64,000 bases of DNA from Sphingomonadales bacterium (GCA_027486895.1 JAIXOE010000028.1:25437-89436), one strand, 5' to 3'. Positions 10,057 to 21,503 are shown, numbered from the stretch's first letter. Made by a program: numbers and translations. Notes: generated by a model from the sequence alone, not told the origin.

Positions 10057-10374
10057 ATGTTCCGCAACGTTTTCCTTGCGATATTTCTGTTCGCGCTGGC
10101 CCTGCCCGCGCTTGCGGTGCCCGCTGCGCCAGTAGCAGCGGCGCAAGCAATGGCTTCGGATTGCCACGGTATGCCAATGGACAGGCAAGACGACGATGCC
10201 GAAGAGCATGGCAAAGGCGTGCGGCTTCATGGCTGCATCGGCTGTATTGCCCCTGTTTCGCCAAGTTTTGCGGTATTTCAGTCGGCATCATTGCCGTCCA
10301 TCACGCAAAGCGCCCCGCTCAACGAACTCCTGGGCACTATCGCAAGGCCGACAATTCCCCCTCCGCGAAGCTGA
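10057..10374 (+). CDS. Small secreted CxxC / C-terminal polyproline protein (CutF/CruR-like leader candidate)
   Basis: Signal peptide, DC at residues 35-36, CIGC at 60-63, ends RPTIPPPRS; directly upstream of a His/Met-rich outer-membrane protein. Confidence 0.7.
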   Translation: MFRNVFLAIFLFALALPALAVPAAPVAAAQAMASDCHGMPMDRQDDDAEEHGKGVRLHGCIGCIAPVSPSFAVFQSASLPSITQSAPLNELLGTIARPTIPPPRS

Positions 10375-10419
10375 GATTTGAACGACCAATATTGTCATTC
10401 AATCTACAGGAATAATAAC

Positions 10420-11757
10420 ATGAAAATGCCGATTTTATGGGTGAGTGCCAACGCGCTTGCCCTTCACGCCGTCCCTGCCGTTGCGCAGGATCACAGCCAG
10501 ATGGACCATTCGCAGCACCAAGCCGCGCCTGCGTCAAAGTCTGAACCCGTTGACCATTCGAAGATGGACCATTCAAATATGGGTCATGACATGGCGGCGA
10601 CGTCTGCCAACACCGCCGAAAAGCCTGCCGAAGGCTCAGGCACTTCGCGCCTGCCCGGCAACGAAGGCGGCATGCATGGCCTTCACTTGCCTATTGCCAA
10701 GGACTGGATGGTCATGGCGCATGGCTATGCCTGGGGAGTCACCACAAGCCAGTCGGGGCCACGCGGTGACGACAAAACCTATGTCCAATCGATGGCGATG
10801 CTGACCGCCGAGCGCCAGTTCGAAGGCGGGCGGTTCCAGTTCAAATCGATGTTTAGCCTTGAGCCATTGATGTCCAATCGCGGCTATCCCAATCTGTTCG
10901 CGACTGGCGAAACGGCGGGTGGTGCGCCATTGGTCGACCGGCAGCATCCGCATGACTTGTTTATGGAACTCGCCGCGCGGGTAGATTTCGACATCGCACA
11001 AGACGCCAGCCTTTTCCTGTATGGCGGTCCGGTCGGCGAACCGGCTTTGGGGCCAAGCGCCTTCATGCACCGCGGGTCGGCCAAGCTGAACCCTGAGGCA
11101 CCGATCACCCACCATTGGTTCGACAGTAGTCACATCACTTATGGCTTTGCGACCGCAGGCATTTCCACACGGCAGTTCCAGCTGGAAGGCTCGGTGTTCA
11201 CGGGACGAGAGCCCGACGAAGACCGCTGGGATATTGAAAAGCCACGTTTCGATAGCTGGTCAGTCCGCGCGACATTCAACCCTTCCCCGGAATGGGCATT
11301 GCAAGTCAGCCACGGCTTTTTGAAACAACCTGAATTCACAATCCACCCCGACGAGAACGAGCATCGCACAACCGCAAGCGCGCATTATGCCAATGGCAAT
11401 GGCTTGACGGCGACCGCCGCGTTCTCGGCCAAAAACCGCGATCCCGGCCCAACGCTAACCGCTTATCTGGTTGAAGCGAATTGGGACATTGACGACCATC
11501 ACACCGTCTTTGGCCGCTTTGAAAATGTCAAAAATGACGAGCTGTTTCCCGATCATGACGATCCGCTGCATGAGGTTCCGTTTCGCGTCAGCAAGTTTCA
11601 GGCAGGCTACGCCTATCGGCTACCGCTCACTGGCCCGCTGAACCTCGCCTTGGGCGGGACAGTATCGACTTATGCAAAGCCCAACGCCTTGGACGCTGCT
11701 TACGGCAATAATCCGATGGGCTTCACGCTGTTCGCAAAGCTGTCATTGGGGCATTGA
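10420..11757 (+). CDS. Hypothetical outer-membrane beta-barrel protein with His/Met-rich N-terminus (putative metal porin)
   Basis: Signal peptide, DHSQMDHSQH and DHSKMDHSNMGHDM repeats, amphipathic beta-strand pattern, HPHDLFMEL motif. Confidence 0.65.
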   Translation: MKMPILWVSANALALHAVPAVAQDHSQMDHSQHQAAPASKSEPVDHSKMDHSNMGHDMAATSANTAEKPAEGSGTSRLPGNEGGMHGLHLPIAKDWMVMAHGYAWGVTTSQSGPRGDDKTYVQSMAMLTAERQFEGGRFQFKSMFSLEPLMSNRGYPNLFATGETAGGAPLVDRQHPHDLFMELAARVDFDIAQDASLFLYGGPVGEPALGPSAFMHRGSAKLNPEAPITHHWFDSSHITYGFATAGISTRQFQLEGSVFTGREPDEDRWDIEKPRFDSWSVRATFNPSPEWALQVSHGFLKQPEFTIHPDENEHRTTASAHYANGNGLTATAAFSAKNRDPGPTLTAYLVEANWDIDDHHTVFGRFENVKNDELFPDHDDPLHEVPFRVSKFQAGYAYRLPLTGPLNLALGGTVSTYAKPNALDAAYGNNPMGFTLFAKLSLGH

Positions 11758-11766
11758 TCTTGAACT

Positions 11767-11793
11767 CCTCCCCATCCACTTGCGATGGGGAGG
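11767..11793. terminator. Bidirectional hairpin between convergent genes
   Basis: Perfect 10-bp inverted repeat CCTCCCCATC / GATGGGGAGG with a 7-nt loop. Confidence 0.6.
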
Positions 11794-11804
11794 CGTTAAT
11801 CGTT

Positions 11805-12889
11805 TCACTCGGCGTCGGGGTCTTTGACCTTGAACGGATCAGTGACCGCTGGCTGCACAGGCAAAGGCTGGCGTGGCAGTGTCTTGGCGCTGTTTGCAGA
11901 CTGCCAGAGCATTCCGGCCATCACCACCGCCGCTTGCCGCATGTCTTCGGCCTTGAGATGATCGAACGTATCGGCATTGCTGTGGTGCGTGCGGGTTGAA
12001 TAATCGAGCGGGTCCTGAATGAACTGATACGCTGGAACGCCGACGGCCTGCATGAAAACATGGTCCGTGCCGCTGGTGTCGGCGGCAACAACGCGGCCAG
12101 CGTCCATGCCACCAAAAGGGGACAACCATTCCTTGAGCAATGGCACAGCGGCGGCGTTACCTTCGGCGTATATACCGCGGAATTTGCCTGAGCCATTGTC
12201 CATGTTGAAATAGGCTTTCAGGTCGTTGTAGCCCGGCTGCGGCACGATTGGGTAACGATAGGTCCAGTCGTAAAAGGCCTCCAGTCCGTTCGGGTCCTGA
12301 CCAGCTTTTGGTTCGCGGCGTGCGAGATATTTCTCGGTATATGCACGCGACCCGATCAGGCCCTGTTCCTCACCGGACCACAAAGCAAAGCGGATGGTCC
12401 GCTTTGGCGTACCCATGCGCTTCAATATGCGTGCAGCTTCCATCACCACAGCGCTGCCAGCGGCATTGTCGGTCGCACCGTCGCCCGCAACCCAGCTGTC
12501 AAAATGTGCGCCAGCCATGACATAGCCGGCCTTGGGATCGCTGCCGGGGATTTCGGCGATGATATTGTAACCATTGCGGTCGCTGTCATCCGCGCGCTGG
12601 AGGAGACGATTTCCCAGCCACGGCCAAAATCAAACGGATCGCGGCGGACATTTTGCAGACCCCAGCCGTTGAACTTTTCGATGGCCCAAGCCTCTGCACG
12701 GCGCATCGCGGGCGAGTTGGTCAACCGGGGGCCAATGTCGTCGGTCATTTCCTGTGCAAGGCTCATGACTTGCGAACGATTCATGCCTTCATCGACCAAG
12801 CGATTGGTTTCATCCACCTGCGCCGCCGCTGGCATCGATGCCAAAGCAACGAAGGTGAGCGCACTGATAACCCGATATTTAAAACGCAT
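11805..12889 (-). pseudogene. M28 family (carboxypeptidase Q-like) metallopeptidase with internal deletion and frameshift
   Basis: The N-terminal part (signal peptide, DIGPRLTNSP, GRGW) and the catalytic part (NIIAEIPG, GAHFDSW, ATDNAAG, SGEEQGL, GTDH, HHSNADT) are in different frames. They join at GATGAC (12585-12590) with no PA domain between them. Confidence 0.8.
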
Positions 12890-13024
12890 ATCTCGTCCCC
12901 ATGTCTAAACAGAGGTGAATTTAGAGCGTGTTCATTGGGACGATGTAAGAGCAATAAAGTTGTCTGCGTGCGCAAATATCGGTTGCGCGGTGTTGGGTAA
13001 TTTCCCGTTAGCAAGCTTTTCGAT

Positions 13025-13921
13025 TTAGCTGCCCAAGAAGCGCGCCAGAGATGACACATCAATGGCGCAATGGCCGCCATAAAGTGGATGCCACTCAACC
13101 GAAACGCCTCGCTGCGCAGCCTGATCTGCAAGCATTTGCGTGCCCTCGAAATTTCCATATGCGTCGTACAGACCGTTTGACAGATAGAGGGCTGGATAAT
13201 TTTCATCTGCGCGCTTCACCAGTTCAAGAGGTGACATGCGCTTCCACTCGGCATCGTCGGCGACATATTCTTTTGCCCAAAGCCAAACGCCGAAACCGAT
13301 TTTGGGGTCAGCCCCCGTTCGCTTGAGGGTGTCTCTCATGGCTGACACAGAAGCAAAGGGAGATATGTTGTAAACACCGGGACAAAGTGACGCAATTTTA
13401 GCAAAACGTTGCGGGTAGGTGAAACCTGCAATGAGAACATTGAGGCCACCCATAGATTCGCCCAGTAATAACCGCTGCCTTGGTTTGCCGGTTTTCGTGT
13501 CGATTTCGGGCAGCTTGGTCATGAATGCTTCAAGCAACCCGCTATTCTGTTTCTTGCCCTTAGGAACCAGTAACCATGTCGGGCCGTATGATATGACCAC
13601 CACTGTGGGCGGCAGAATTTTTGCCTGCTGCCAGCTCGCTTGCACCATCGACGTCCAATAAGTGTAATCATTCCAGATTTGCGCATCAAGGTTGCGACCA
13701 TGAAGATGGTACACGACGTTTCCATTCGTGCCTGATTTCGAACGATAAATGCAGTATTTCAATCGTCCGGATGAATGACAGCTCTCGCTTGCCGGAATGA
13801 ACGCCACTTTTTGATTGCCCTGTGGAGCGGTGAGCTGTGTCCAAGCATAATAGCCGCCCACGATTAACAGGATCAGGATAAGCCATTTGCGATAGGATTT
13901 GAGGAAGCTTGGCTTATTCAT
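13025..13921 (-). CDS. Alpha/beta hydrolase (putative esterase) with N-terminal membrane anchor
   Basis: GESMGG nucleophile motif and GGHC near the C-terminus. Start moved to ATG 13921, which has a GGGGA SD. Confidence 0.8.
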   Translation of the reverse strand: MNKPSFLKSYRKWLILILLIVGGYYAWTQLTAPQGNQKVAFIPASESCHSSGRLKYCIYRSKSGTNGNVVYHLHGRNLDAQIWNDYTYWTSMVQASWQQAKILPPTVVVISYGPTWLLVPKGKKQNSGLLEAFMTKLPEIDTKTGKPRQRLLLGESMGGLNVLIAGFTYPQRFAKIASLCPGVYNISPFASVSAMRDTLKRTGADPKIGFGVWLWAKEYVADDAEWKRMSPLELVKRADENYPALYLSNGLYDAYGNFEGTQMLADQAAQRGVSVEWHPLYGGHCAIDVSSLARFLGS

Positions 13922-13989
13922 CTTGTCCCCCGTCTGATAAAATGCGCGTTGAGCAATAGCGGCGTTTACATTGCGTAATTGCGCCTCTG

Positions 13990-15822
13990 TCACTTCCGCC
14001 CGAACAGCTTTTCGACATCACCCAAAGCCAGCTTCACCCAAGTTGGCCGGCCATGGTTGCACTGGCCGCTGTGCGGGGTGACCTCCATTTCGCGGAGCAG
14101 CGCGTTCATTTCAGCTACCGACAAGACGCGGCCGGCGCGGACTGATCCGTGGCAGGCCATCGTTGCGGCGACATGGTCGATGCGTTCTTTCAGCGACAAT
14201 GCTTCATCATAAGCGGCAAGGTCATCGGCGAGGTCCTCCAGCAGTCCCTTGGCATCGCCATCACCTAACACGGCGGGTGTGGCGCGCACGAGCATCGCAG
14301 CGGGGCCAAAGCGTTCGAGGTCCAGCCCGAATGCAGACAGTTCATCCGCGCGTGCCTCAAGCCTGTCGCAGGCAGGTTCGTCGAGTTCAACGACTTGCGG
14401 CAACAACAACGCTTGCGAAGGCACAGCACCGCCAGCCGCGGCCATCGCCTTACGCATCCGTTCAAGCACCAGTCGTTCATGCGCGGCATGTTGATCGACG
14501 ATGACAAGGCCATCTTCCGCTTCGGCAACGATATAGGTGTTCGCGACCTGCCCGCGTGCAACGCCAAGTGGATGGCTGGCGCGTTCGGGCACTGGCTCGT
14601 GGGCAACGGCGGCCCTGCCCCATAATGGCGCGAGGTCTTCACCGGGAATAGCGCCCAAGTCCACAAAGCTGCTGCGGTTCTCATACACCGACGGATATGC
14701 AGAACGCTGGCCATATTGCCCCTGATAAGCCGTTGCACCTAACGCAGGAGCGCGCTCAAATATATCGCCTTGCGCTGTCTGGATCGGTTCCTGCTGCCAA
14801 GCTGCGAGCGCGTCCGCCGATGGTCTTTGCACCGCGCGGAAGCCGGACTGGTCAAGCGCGTGGCGCAGCCCCGATACGATCATGCCGCGGATTAACGCTG
14901 GCTCGCGAAAGCGGACCTCCGTCTTTGCCGGATGGACATTTACGTCGACCTGCGTCGGCGGCAAATCAATGAACAGGGCAACCACCGCATGCCGGTCGCG
15001 TGCCAGCATTTCGGCATAGGCGCCGCGTACAGCACCAATCAGCAGACGGTCCTTCACCGGACGCCCATTCACGAACAGGAACTGGTGGTCAGCAACACCG
15101 CGATTATATGTCGGCAGGCTTGCAACCCCGCCAAGGCGAACGCCTTCGCGTTCGAAATCAAGCGCCACGCTGTTTTCGATGAGCTCACCGCTGGTCAGCG
15201 CGGCGACGCGTTCGGGCCGCGCGCTGGTGGGTTGCACCGCCAGCACACGCCGGCCGTCATGCTCTACAGTGAAGCCAATATCTGGCCGCGCCATCGCCAA
15301 GCGTTTCATGGTGTCCAACGCTGCGGCATATTCGGCACGCGCACTACGCAGGAACTTGCGGCGCGCGGGCACATTGCCAAACAGGTGTTCGACGCGAACA
15401 CGCGTGCCCTGCGGCAACGCAGCTGGCCCCTCGCCTGTCACGACGCCATGGTCGACCGTGCGCGTCCAGCCTTCGGCGCCTGCGGGCCTGCTTTCGAGTG
15501 TCATTTTGGATACGCTGGCGATCGATGGCAAAGCTTCGCCGCGAAAGCCCAACGTCGATACCATTTCGATATCTTCATCAGGCAGTTTCGACGTCGCGTG
15601 GCGTTCCAGTGCCAAGGCCATATCAGCAGGGGACATGCCGCAGCCATCGTCGGTGACTTCCACCAAATCGATGCCGCCTGCACTCAGCCGCACCGCGATA
15701 TTGCGTGCGCCCGAATCGATAGCGTTTTCGACCAGTTCTTTTAACGCGCTGGCTGGTCTTTCCACCACTTCACCGGCGGCAATCCGGTTGACCAGGTTTT
15801 CAGGGAGTCTTCTTATTGACAT
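13990..15822 (-). CDS. mutL: DNA mismatch repair endonuclease MutL
   Basis: IAAGEVVERPASALKELVENAIDSGA, GFRGEAL, DQHAAHER and CNHGRPT. Confidence 0.98.
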   Translation of the reverse strand: MSIRRLPENLVNRIAAGEVVERPASALKELVENAIDSGARNIAVRLSAGGIDLVEVTDDGCGMSPADMALALERHATSKLPDEDIEMVSTLGFRGEALPSIASVSKMTLESRPAGAEGWTRTVDHGVVTGEGPAALPQGTRVRVEHLFGNVPARRKFLRSARAEYAAALDTMKRLAMARPDIGFTVEHDGRRVLAVQPTSARPERVAALTSGELIENSVALDFEREGVRLGGVASLPTYNRGVADHQFLFVNGRPVKDRLLIGAVRGAYAEMLARDRHAVVALFIDLPPTQVDVNVHPAKTEVRFREPALIRGMIVSGLRHALDQSGFRAVQRPSADALAAWQQEPIQTAQGDIFERAPALGATAYQGQYGQRSAYPSVYENRSSFVDLGAIPGEDLAPLWGRAAVAHEPVPERASHPLGVARGQVANTYIVAEAEDGLVIVDQHAAHERLVLERMRKAMAAAGGAVPSQALLLPQVVELDEPACDRLEARADELSAFGLDLERFGPAAMLVRATPAVLGDGDAKGLLEDLADDLAAYDEALSLKERIDHVAATMACHGSVRAGRVLSVAEMNALLREMEVTPHSGQCNHGRPTWVKLALGDVEKLFGRK

Positions 15823-15982
15823 ACGCGGGTTCCTAGCCCAAGCGCACAGCCCAAGCGACTCCTTAATCGTTCGCAATCCAGCCAAATATCTGTTTTTAAA
15901 AACAGCAAATTCCGCTAGGACCGCGCGATTACTTGGACGTGCTCCAAAGGACTCTCACCAAACCGGATTGGGTGGAAATTAA

Positions 15983-17023
<1,041 letters not shown>

Positions 17024-17036
17024 TTTAGGTCTCAGC

Positions 17037-17939
17037 ATGGCGCCGCCCCAACACCGGCGCCCCGGATTTTCCCGAAAGGCGCAATATGGCCTGTTCGTGA
17101 CCTATGTCGTCGCGATTGCCGGAACAATTGCGGCTGCGCTACTGCTTGCGATTTCGATTGCTGATCCTGCCGGCTTTGCCGCGCTTCGTGCGGCAGGTGC
17201 AGAGATAACAGCTCCGGTCGCGCGGGTGTTCAGCACTGTCCGCGGGGCGACGCAGAACATGAACGCTACGGTGGCTGCCTATATTCACGCAGGTTCTAAA
17301 AATGCCGCGTTGGAAAAAGAAGCCAAGGCCAACCGGAAAAAACTGATCGAGGCGCAAGCGCTGCGTGTCGAGAACGCCCGGTTACGTGGACTGCTGAAAT
17401 TGACTGAGGAAGGCGAAAGCCAAATCGCCGTTGGCCGCCTCATCAGTTCAACTTCCTCCAGCACGCGACGCGTGGCCACTTTATCCATAGGGCGAAACTT
17501 TGGCGTAGAACGGGCTCAGCCCGTGCGCGGACCAGCCGGATTGATTGGCCGCATCATCGAAGCGGGCCCCACCACGGCACGCATTCTGCTGGTGACGGAC
17601 TCCGAAAATCTGGTCCCCGTCATGCGCGTGAGCGATGGCCTTCCTGCTTTTTCGGCCGGCCTTGGAAATGGTACGGTCCTGATCAAGCCACTCAACCTTG
17701 GCGAAAGCCCGTTCAAGGTCGGCGATGTCATCGTGACGTCGGGCAATGGCGGCCTGTATCGGCCAAATATTCCCTTTGCCCGTGTCATTAAAAAGACGAG
17801 CGATGGCGCATTGGCAATACCTTTTGCCGACCCCGGCAACACGCCCTATGCCGTGGTGATGCAACCCTATCAGGGCGAAGCCCGCGCGGCTCAGCAAGCG
17901 GCTGCGCCTGATGGTGAAACGAAAGAAGTCGCGGAATGA
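17037..17939 (+). CDS. mreC: Rod shape-determining protein MreC
   Basis: N-terminal TM, coiled coil (ENARLRGLL), GLIGRI and VTSG motifs; synteny with mreB. Confidence 0.93.
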   Translation: MAPPQHRRPGFSRKAQYGLFVTYVVAIAGTIAAALLLAISIADPAGFAALRAAGAEITAPVARVFSTVRGATQNMNATVAAYIHAGSKNAALEKEAKANRKKLIEAQALRVENARLRGLLKLTEEGESQIAVGRLISSTSSSTRRVATLSIGRNFGVERAQPVRGPAGLIGRIIEAGPTTARILLVTDSENLVPVMRVSDGLPAFSAGLGNGTVLIKPLNLGESPFKVGDVIVTSGNGGLYRPNIPFARVIKKTSDGALAIPFADPGNTPYAVVMQPYQGEARAAQQAAAPDGETKEVAE

Positions 17940-18490
17940 AAATTCCGGTGACGGCCATTCGTCTGCCCACCCGTCCGGCACGCGAATATGAATCCCGATT
18001 TGATCGGGAGCAGTCGATGCTCAAGATGCTGGCGATCCCGATTGCCTCTGTCGCCTTGGCGTCAATGATTACAGCGTTACCGATATTTACCGATGAGCCG
18101 CTGTTGCCGCCATTTGGGCTGTTGATGTTTTTAAGCTGGCGCCTGATGCGTCCCGGGCTTCTGCCCGTCTGGTCGGGTGTCCCATTTGGTTTAATGGATG
18201 ACCTGTTCAGCGGTCAGCCCTTTGGCAGCGCTGGACTGTTATGGTCACTCGCTATGCTTATCATCGAGATTATCGACTCGCGCGCCATCTGGCGGGATCA
18301 CGTTCAAGACTGGTTGATTGCGGCGATCCTGATCGCGGCTGTGCTGTTGGGTGGATTGTGGATTGCCGGCATGGCGCATGCCGCACCTGAACCAATTGTG
18401 CTGCTTCCGCAGATCATATTGTCCATATTGCTATATCCGCTGGCCGTGCGAATATGCGCGCGTCTCGACAGCTGGCGATTGGCAACATGA
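17936..18490 (+). CDS. mreD: Rod shape-determining protein MreD
   Basis: Hydrophobic protein with GLMDDLFSGQPFG; lies between mreC and mrdA. Confidence 0.88.
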   Translation: MKIPVTAIRLPTRPAREYESRFDREQSMLKMLAIPIASVALASMITALPIFTDEPLLPPFGLLMFLSWRLMRPGLLPVWSGVPFGLMDDLFSGQPFGSAGLLWSLAMLIIEIIDSRAIWRDHVQDWLIAAILIAAVLLGGLWIAGMAHAAPEPIVLLPQIILSILLYPLAVRICARLDSWRLAT

Positions 18491-20394
18491 AGGTCGAAAA
18501 GCAGGTAACATCAGGACAGCTTGACTTCACCTTCACACGCCGTGCCGTTTTTGTGGGCGGCGTGCAGGCAGCGGTCGGCCTCACCGTTGCTGCGCGCATG
18601 TCCTATATCGCGGTCGCCGATAACGAGAAATATAAGCTTCTTGCCGAAAGCAACCGGGTCAACCTGACCATCATCCCGCCACGTCGTGGCTGGTTCGTTG
18701 ACCGTTATGGCAAACCAATCGCGACCAATCGTGCCGATTTCCGTGTCGACATCATCCCCGACCGGCTGGTTGATAAGGAGCAGACCGTCAAGACACTGGC
18801 GGAACTGCTGGCGCTGTCGACCGACGACGTTGACCGCATCCACCGCGAGTTAAAGCAGGCACAAGGCTTTCAACCCGTTCAGGTAGCAGACGGGCTGGAT
18901 TATGAGCGCTTCGCCGCCGTCAGTGTCCGCTTGCCTGATCTTCCCGGGGTCAGCCCTCGGCAGGGCTATTCACGCTTTTACCCAAGCGGTGCCGCGGTTG
19001 GCCATCTCATCGGTTATGTCGGCACGGTATCAGCCGAAGAATATCAAAAGAACAAAAATCCGCTGCTCATTACCCCCGGGTTCAAAGTCGGCAAGGACGG
19101 CCTCGAAAAGACGCTTGAGGATCGCTTGCAGGGTGAACCCGGCGCGAAGCGGACGGAGGTCACCGCACGTGGCAAGATCGTGCGCGACTTGGCCACCCGG
19201 CCCGACACACCGGGCAAGCCCGTCCAATTGACCATCGATATCGATTTGCACAATTACGCTGCGCGCCGACTTGGTCTGGAGTCCGGATCGGTGGTGATAT
19301 TCGATTGCCTCACAGGCGACATACTTACCATGGCGTCGATGCCTTGTTATGATCCAAACAGCTTTTCCGACGGCATTGGCCGAGTCGAATGGAAGATGTT
19401 GAATTCGGATGACCATATCCCGATGCTTAATAAGGCATTGCAGGGGCTGTATCCGCCGGGGTCAACAGTAAAGCCCGCCGCTGCGCTCGCGTTGCTGCAT
19501 CATGGCGTCGATCCTGAGGAAACGGTTGTGTGTGGCGGGGGGTACCGGCTGGGCAACCGCGTATTCAAATGCTTAGGCCGCCATGGCCCTATGAATATGC
19601 CCAACGCGCTGATGAAAAGCTGCAACACCTATTTCTATTCAATGGGCCGCCGCATTGGCTATGACGCGATTGCACCATTTTCAAAAGCGCTTGGTCTGGG
19701 GCAAGAGTTTCCTCTTCCCTTTCCATCGCAGCGATATGGCACCATTCCCGACAGCGCATGGAAAATGCGTAAATATGACCAAAAGTGGAGCGAATCAGAC
19801 ACGCTGAACGCGACCATTGGTCAGGGTTATGTTTCGGTTAGCCCCTTCCAGTTGGCGATGATGGCCGCGCGCATTGCGTCCGGATTGAATATCCAGCCGG
19901 AAATCATTCTGAAAAAACGCCCCGCGCCAGTCAGCCTGGGCTTCCCTGAAGAACATTTGGCGGTCGTGCGCGAAGGCATGAACCGCGTCGTCAACGGCGC
20001 TGGCACCGCCGTACGCAGCAGGCTGGATATTCCGGGCATCGCGATGGCCGGAAAAACCGGTACCGCTCAAGTGCGCCGCATTGAAGGGTCACAGCGCGGC
20101 CAATCGGGCGCGTGGAAATATCGCGACCATGGCCTGTTCGTCTGTTTCGCACCCGTCGAAAATCCGCGTTACGGCGCATCGGTTGTCATTGAACATGGCA
20201 TGGGCGGCGCACGTGCTGCCGCGCCCATCGCAAAAGACGTTCTGACATTCCTGTATGACCGTGAAAAGGCGATGGCTTCATTGGAAGCCCTCGAAGCTGG
20301 CTGGGGCGGCAATATTGAACAACGCATGGCGTCCAAATATGCTGCGTTCCAAGGTCAGCCGGCTGCACCGCCACCGCTGGATCCCACCACATGA
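18487..20394 (+). CDS. mrdA: Penicillin-binding protein 2
   Basis: STVK, SCN and KTG transpeptidase motifs; N-terminal TM. Confidence 0.96.
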   Translation: MKVEKQVTSGQLDFTFTRRAVFVGGVQAAVGLTVAARMSYIAVADNEKYKLLAESNRVNLTIIPPRRGWFVDRYGKPIATNRADFRVDIIPDRLVDKEQTVKTLAELLALSTDDVDRIHRELKQAQGFQPVQVADGLDYERFAAVSVRLPDLPGVSPRQGYSRFYPSGAAVGHLIGYVGTVSAEEYQKNKNPLLITPGFKVGKDGLEKTLEDRLQGEPGAKRTEVTARGKIVRDLATRPDTPGKPVQLTIDIDLHNYAARRLGLESGSVVIFDCLTGDILTMASMPCYDPNSFSDGIGRVEWKMLNSDDHIPMLNKALQGLYPPGSTVKPAAALALLHHGVDPEETVVCGGGYRLGNRVFKCLGRHGPMNMPNALMKSCNTYFYSMGRRIGYDAIAPFSKALGLGQEFPLPFPSQRYGTIPDSAWKMRKYDQKWSESDTLNATIGQGYVSVSPFQLAMMAARIASGLNIQPEIILKKRPAPVSLGFPEEHLAVVREGMNRVVNGAGTAVRSRLDIPGIAMAGKTGTAQVRRIEGSQRGQSGAWKYRDHGLFVCFAPVENPRYGASVVIEHGMGGARAAAPIAKDVLTFLYDREKAMASLEALEAGWGGNIEQRMASKYAAFQGQPAAPPPLDPTT

Positions 20395-21503
20395 ACGGCA
20401 TAGTCCCTGCCCCGATCGCCGCCCTGCCGTGGCGCGTGATATTCATCTTGGCAGCTTTGGTCGGCTTTGGCGCAACAGTCCTGTATTCCGCAGCAGGTGG
20501 TCATTTTGAACCATGGGCCGGAAAGCATGTCATCCGGTTTATGGTCCTGCTCGCCATGGCCATCGCCATGTCCCGAATGAAGCTTGAATTCTGGAAGTCG
20601 ATGACCTTCCCCTTGTATCTTTTGTTGCTCGTCCTGCTTGTCGTGGTTCAGCTCATGGGCTTTGTGGGTGGAGGCAGTCAGCGCTGGATCAACCTTGGTA
20701 TCATCACGCTTCAGCCGTCCGAGCTCATGAAGCCTGTGATGGTGCTCGCTGCCGCATGGTTTTTCGACCGGCTTCCGCCCAACCGGATTTACGGCGTCGA
20801 CGCCATTTGGCCGCTCGGCGCTCTGTTGCTGATCCCAAGTATACTGGTGATTATTCAGCCCGACTTCGACGCAGCCATTGCTTACGCCTTCGGGCTAGGC
20901 GTCGTCGGTTTCATGGCGGGTCTGCCGCTCATCTACTTCATCAGCGCTGGTGTAGGCGTCGCCGTCCTGGCACCATTGGTCTTCTTCTTTGGACTAAAGG
21001 CCTACCAACAAGACCGCGTCCTTATCTTCCTCAATCCGGAGAATGACCCGCTGGGTGCCGGCTACCATATCACCCAATCGAAAATCGCCATCGGCTCAGG
21101 CGGCATATTCGGCAAAGGCTTTGGCAATGGCACGCAAAGCCATCTCGATTATCTGCCTGAAGGACATACCGACTTTGTCTTTGCAACGATGGCAGAGGAA
21201 TGGGGCATCGTCGGCGGCTTTTTCATCCTCTTCATGTACTTCCTGCTCATGCGTTGGGGCCTGAACGTGGCGATGCAAAGCAAGACACGTTACGGGCAAC
21301 TCGTCGCCGCTGGTCTGACCTGCACCATTTTCTTCTACATCATGATCAACCTGTTGATGGTGGTGGGCCTTGCCCCGGTCGCGGGCATTCCCCTTCCTTT
21401 TGTTAGTCATGGCGGTTCTTCCATGCTGACGATGATGTTGTGTGTCGGAATCATCATGTCAATTGAGCGCCACCCCGGCGCAAAGCGCGGACAATTCCAA
21501 TAA
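20391..21503 (+). CDS. rodA: SEDS peptidoglycan polymerase RodA
   Basis: QPSELMK, YLPEGHTDFVF and LPFVSHGGSS. Confidence 0.96.
   Translation: MNGIVPAPIAALPWRVIFILAALVGFGATVLYSAAGGHFEPWAGKHVIRFMVLLAMAIAMSRMKLEFWKSMTFPLYLLLLVLLVVVQLMGFVGGGSQRWINLGIITLQPSELMKPVMVLAAAWFFDRLPPNRIYGVDAIWPLGALLLIPSILVIIQPDFDAAIAYAFGLGVVGFMAGLPLIYFISAGVGVAVLAPLVFFFGLKAYQQDRVLIFLNPENDPLGAGYHITQSKIAIGSGGIFGKGFGNGTQSHLDYLPEGHTDFVFATMAEEWGIVGGFFILFMYFLLMRWGLNVAMQSKTRYGQLVAAGLTCTIFFYIMINLLMVVGLAPVAGIPLPFVSHGGSSMLTMMLCVGIIMSIERHPGAKRGQFQ

Noticed and set aside
9197-10291. 364-aa minus-strand ORF
   Set aside because: Antisense shadow of ychF and the downstream leader ORF; no recognisable motifs.
12443-12600. Programmed frameshift in the M28 peptidase
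   Set aside because: No slippery heptamer at the junction, and a whole domain is missing, which fits deletion better.
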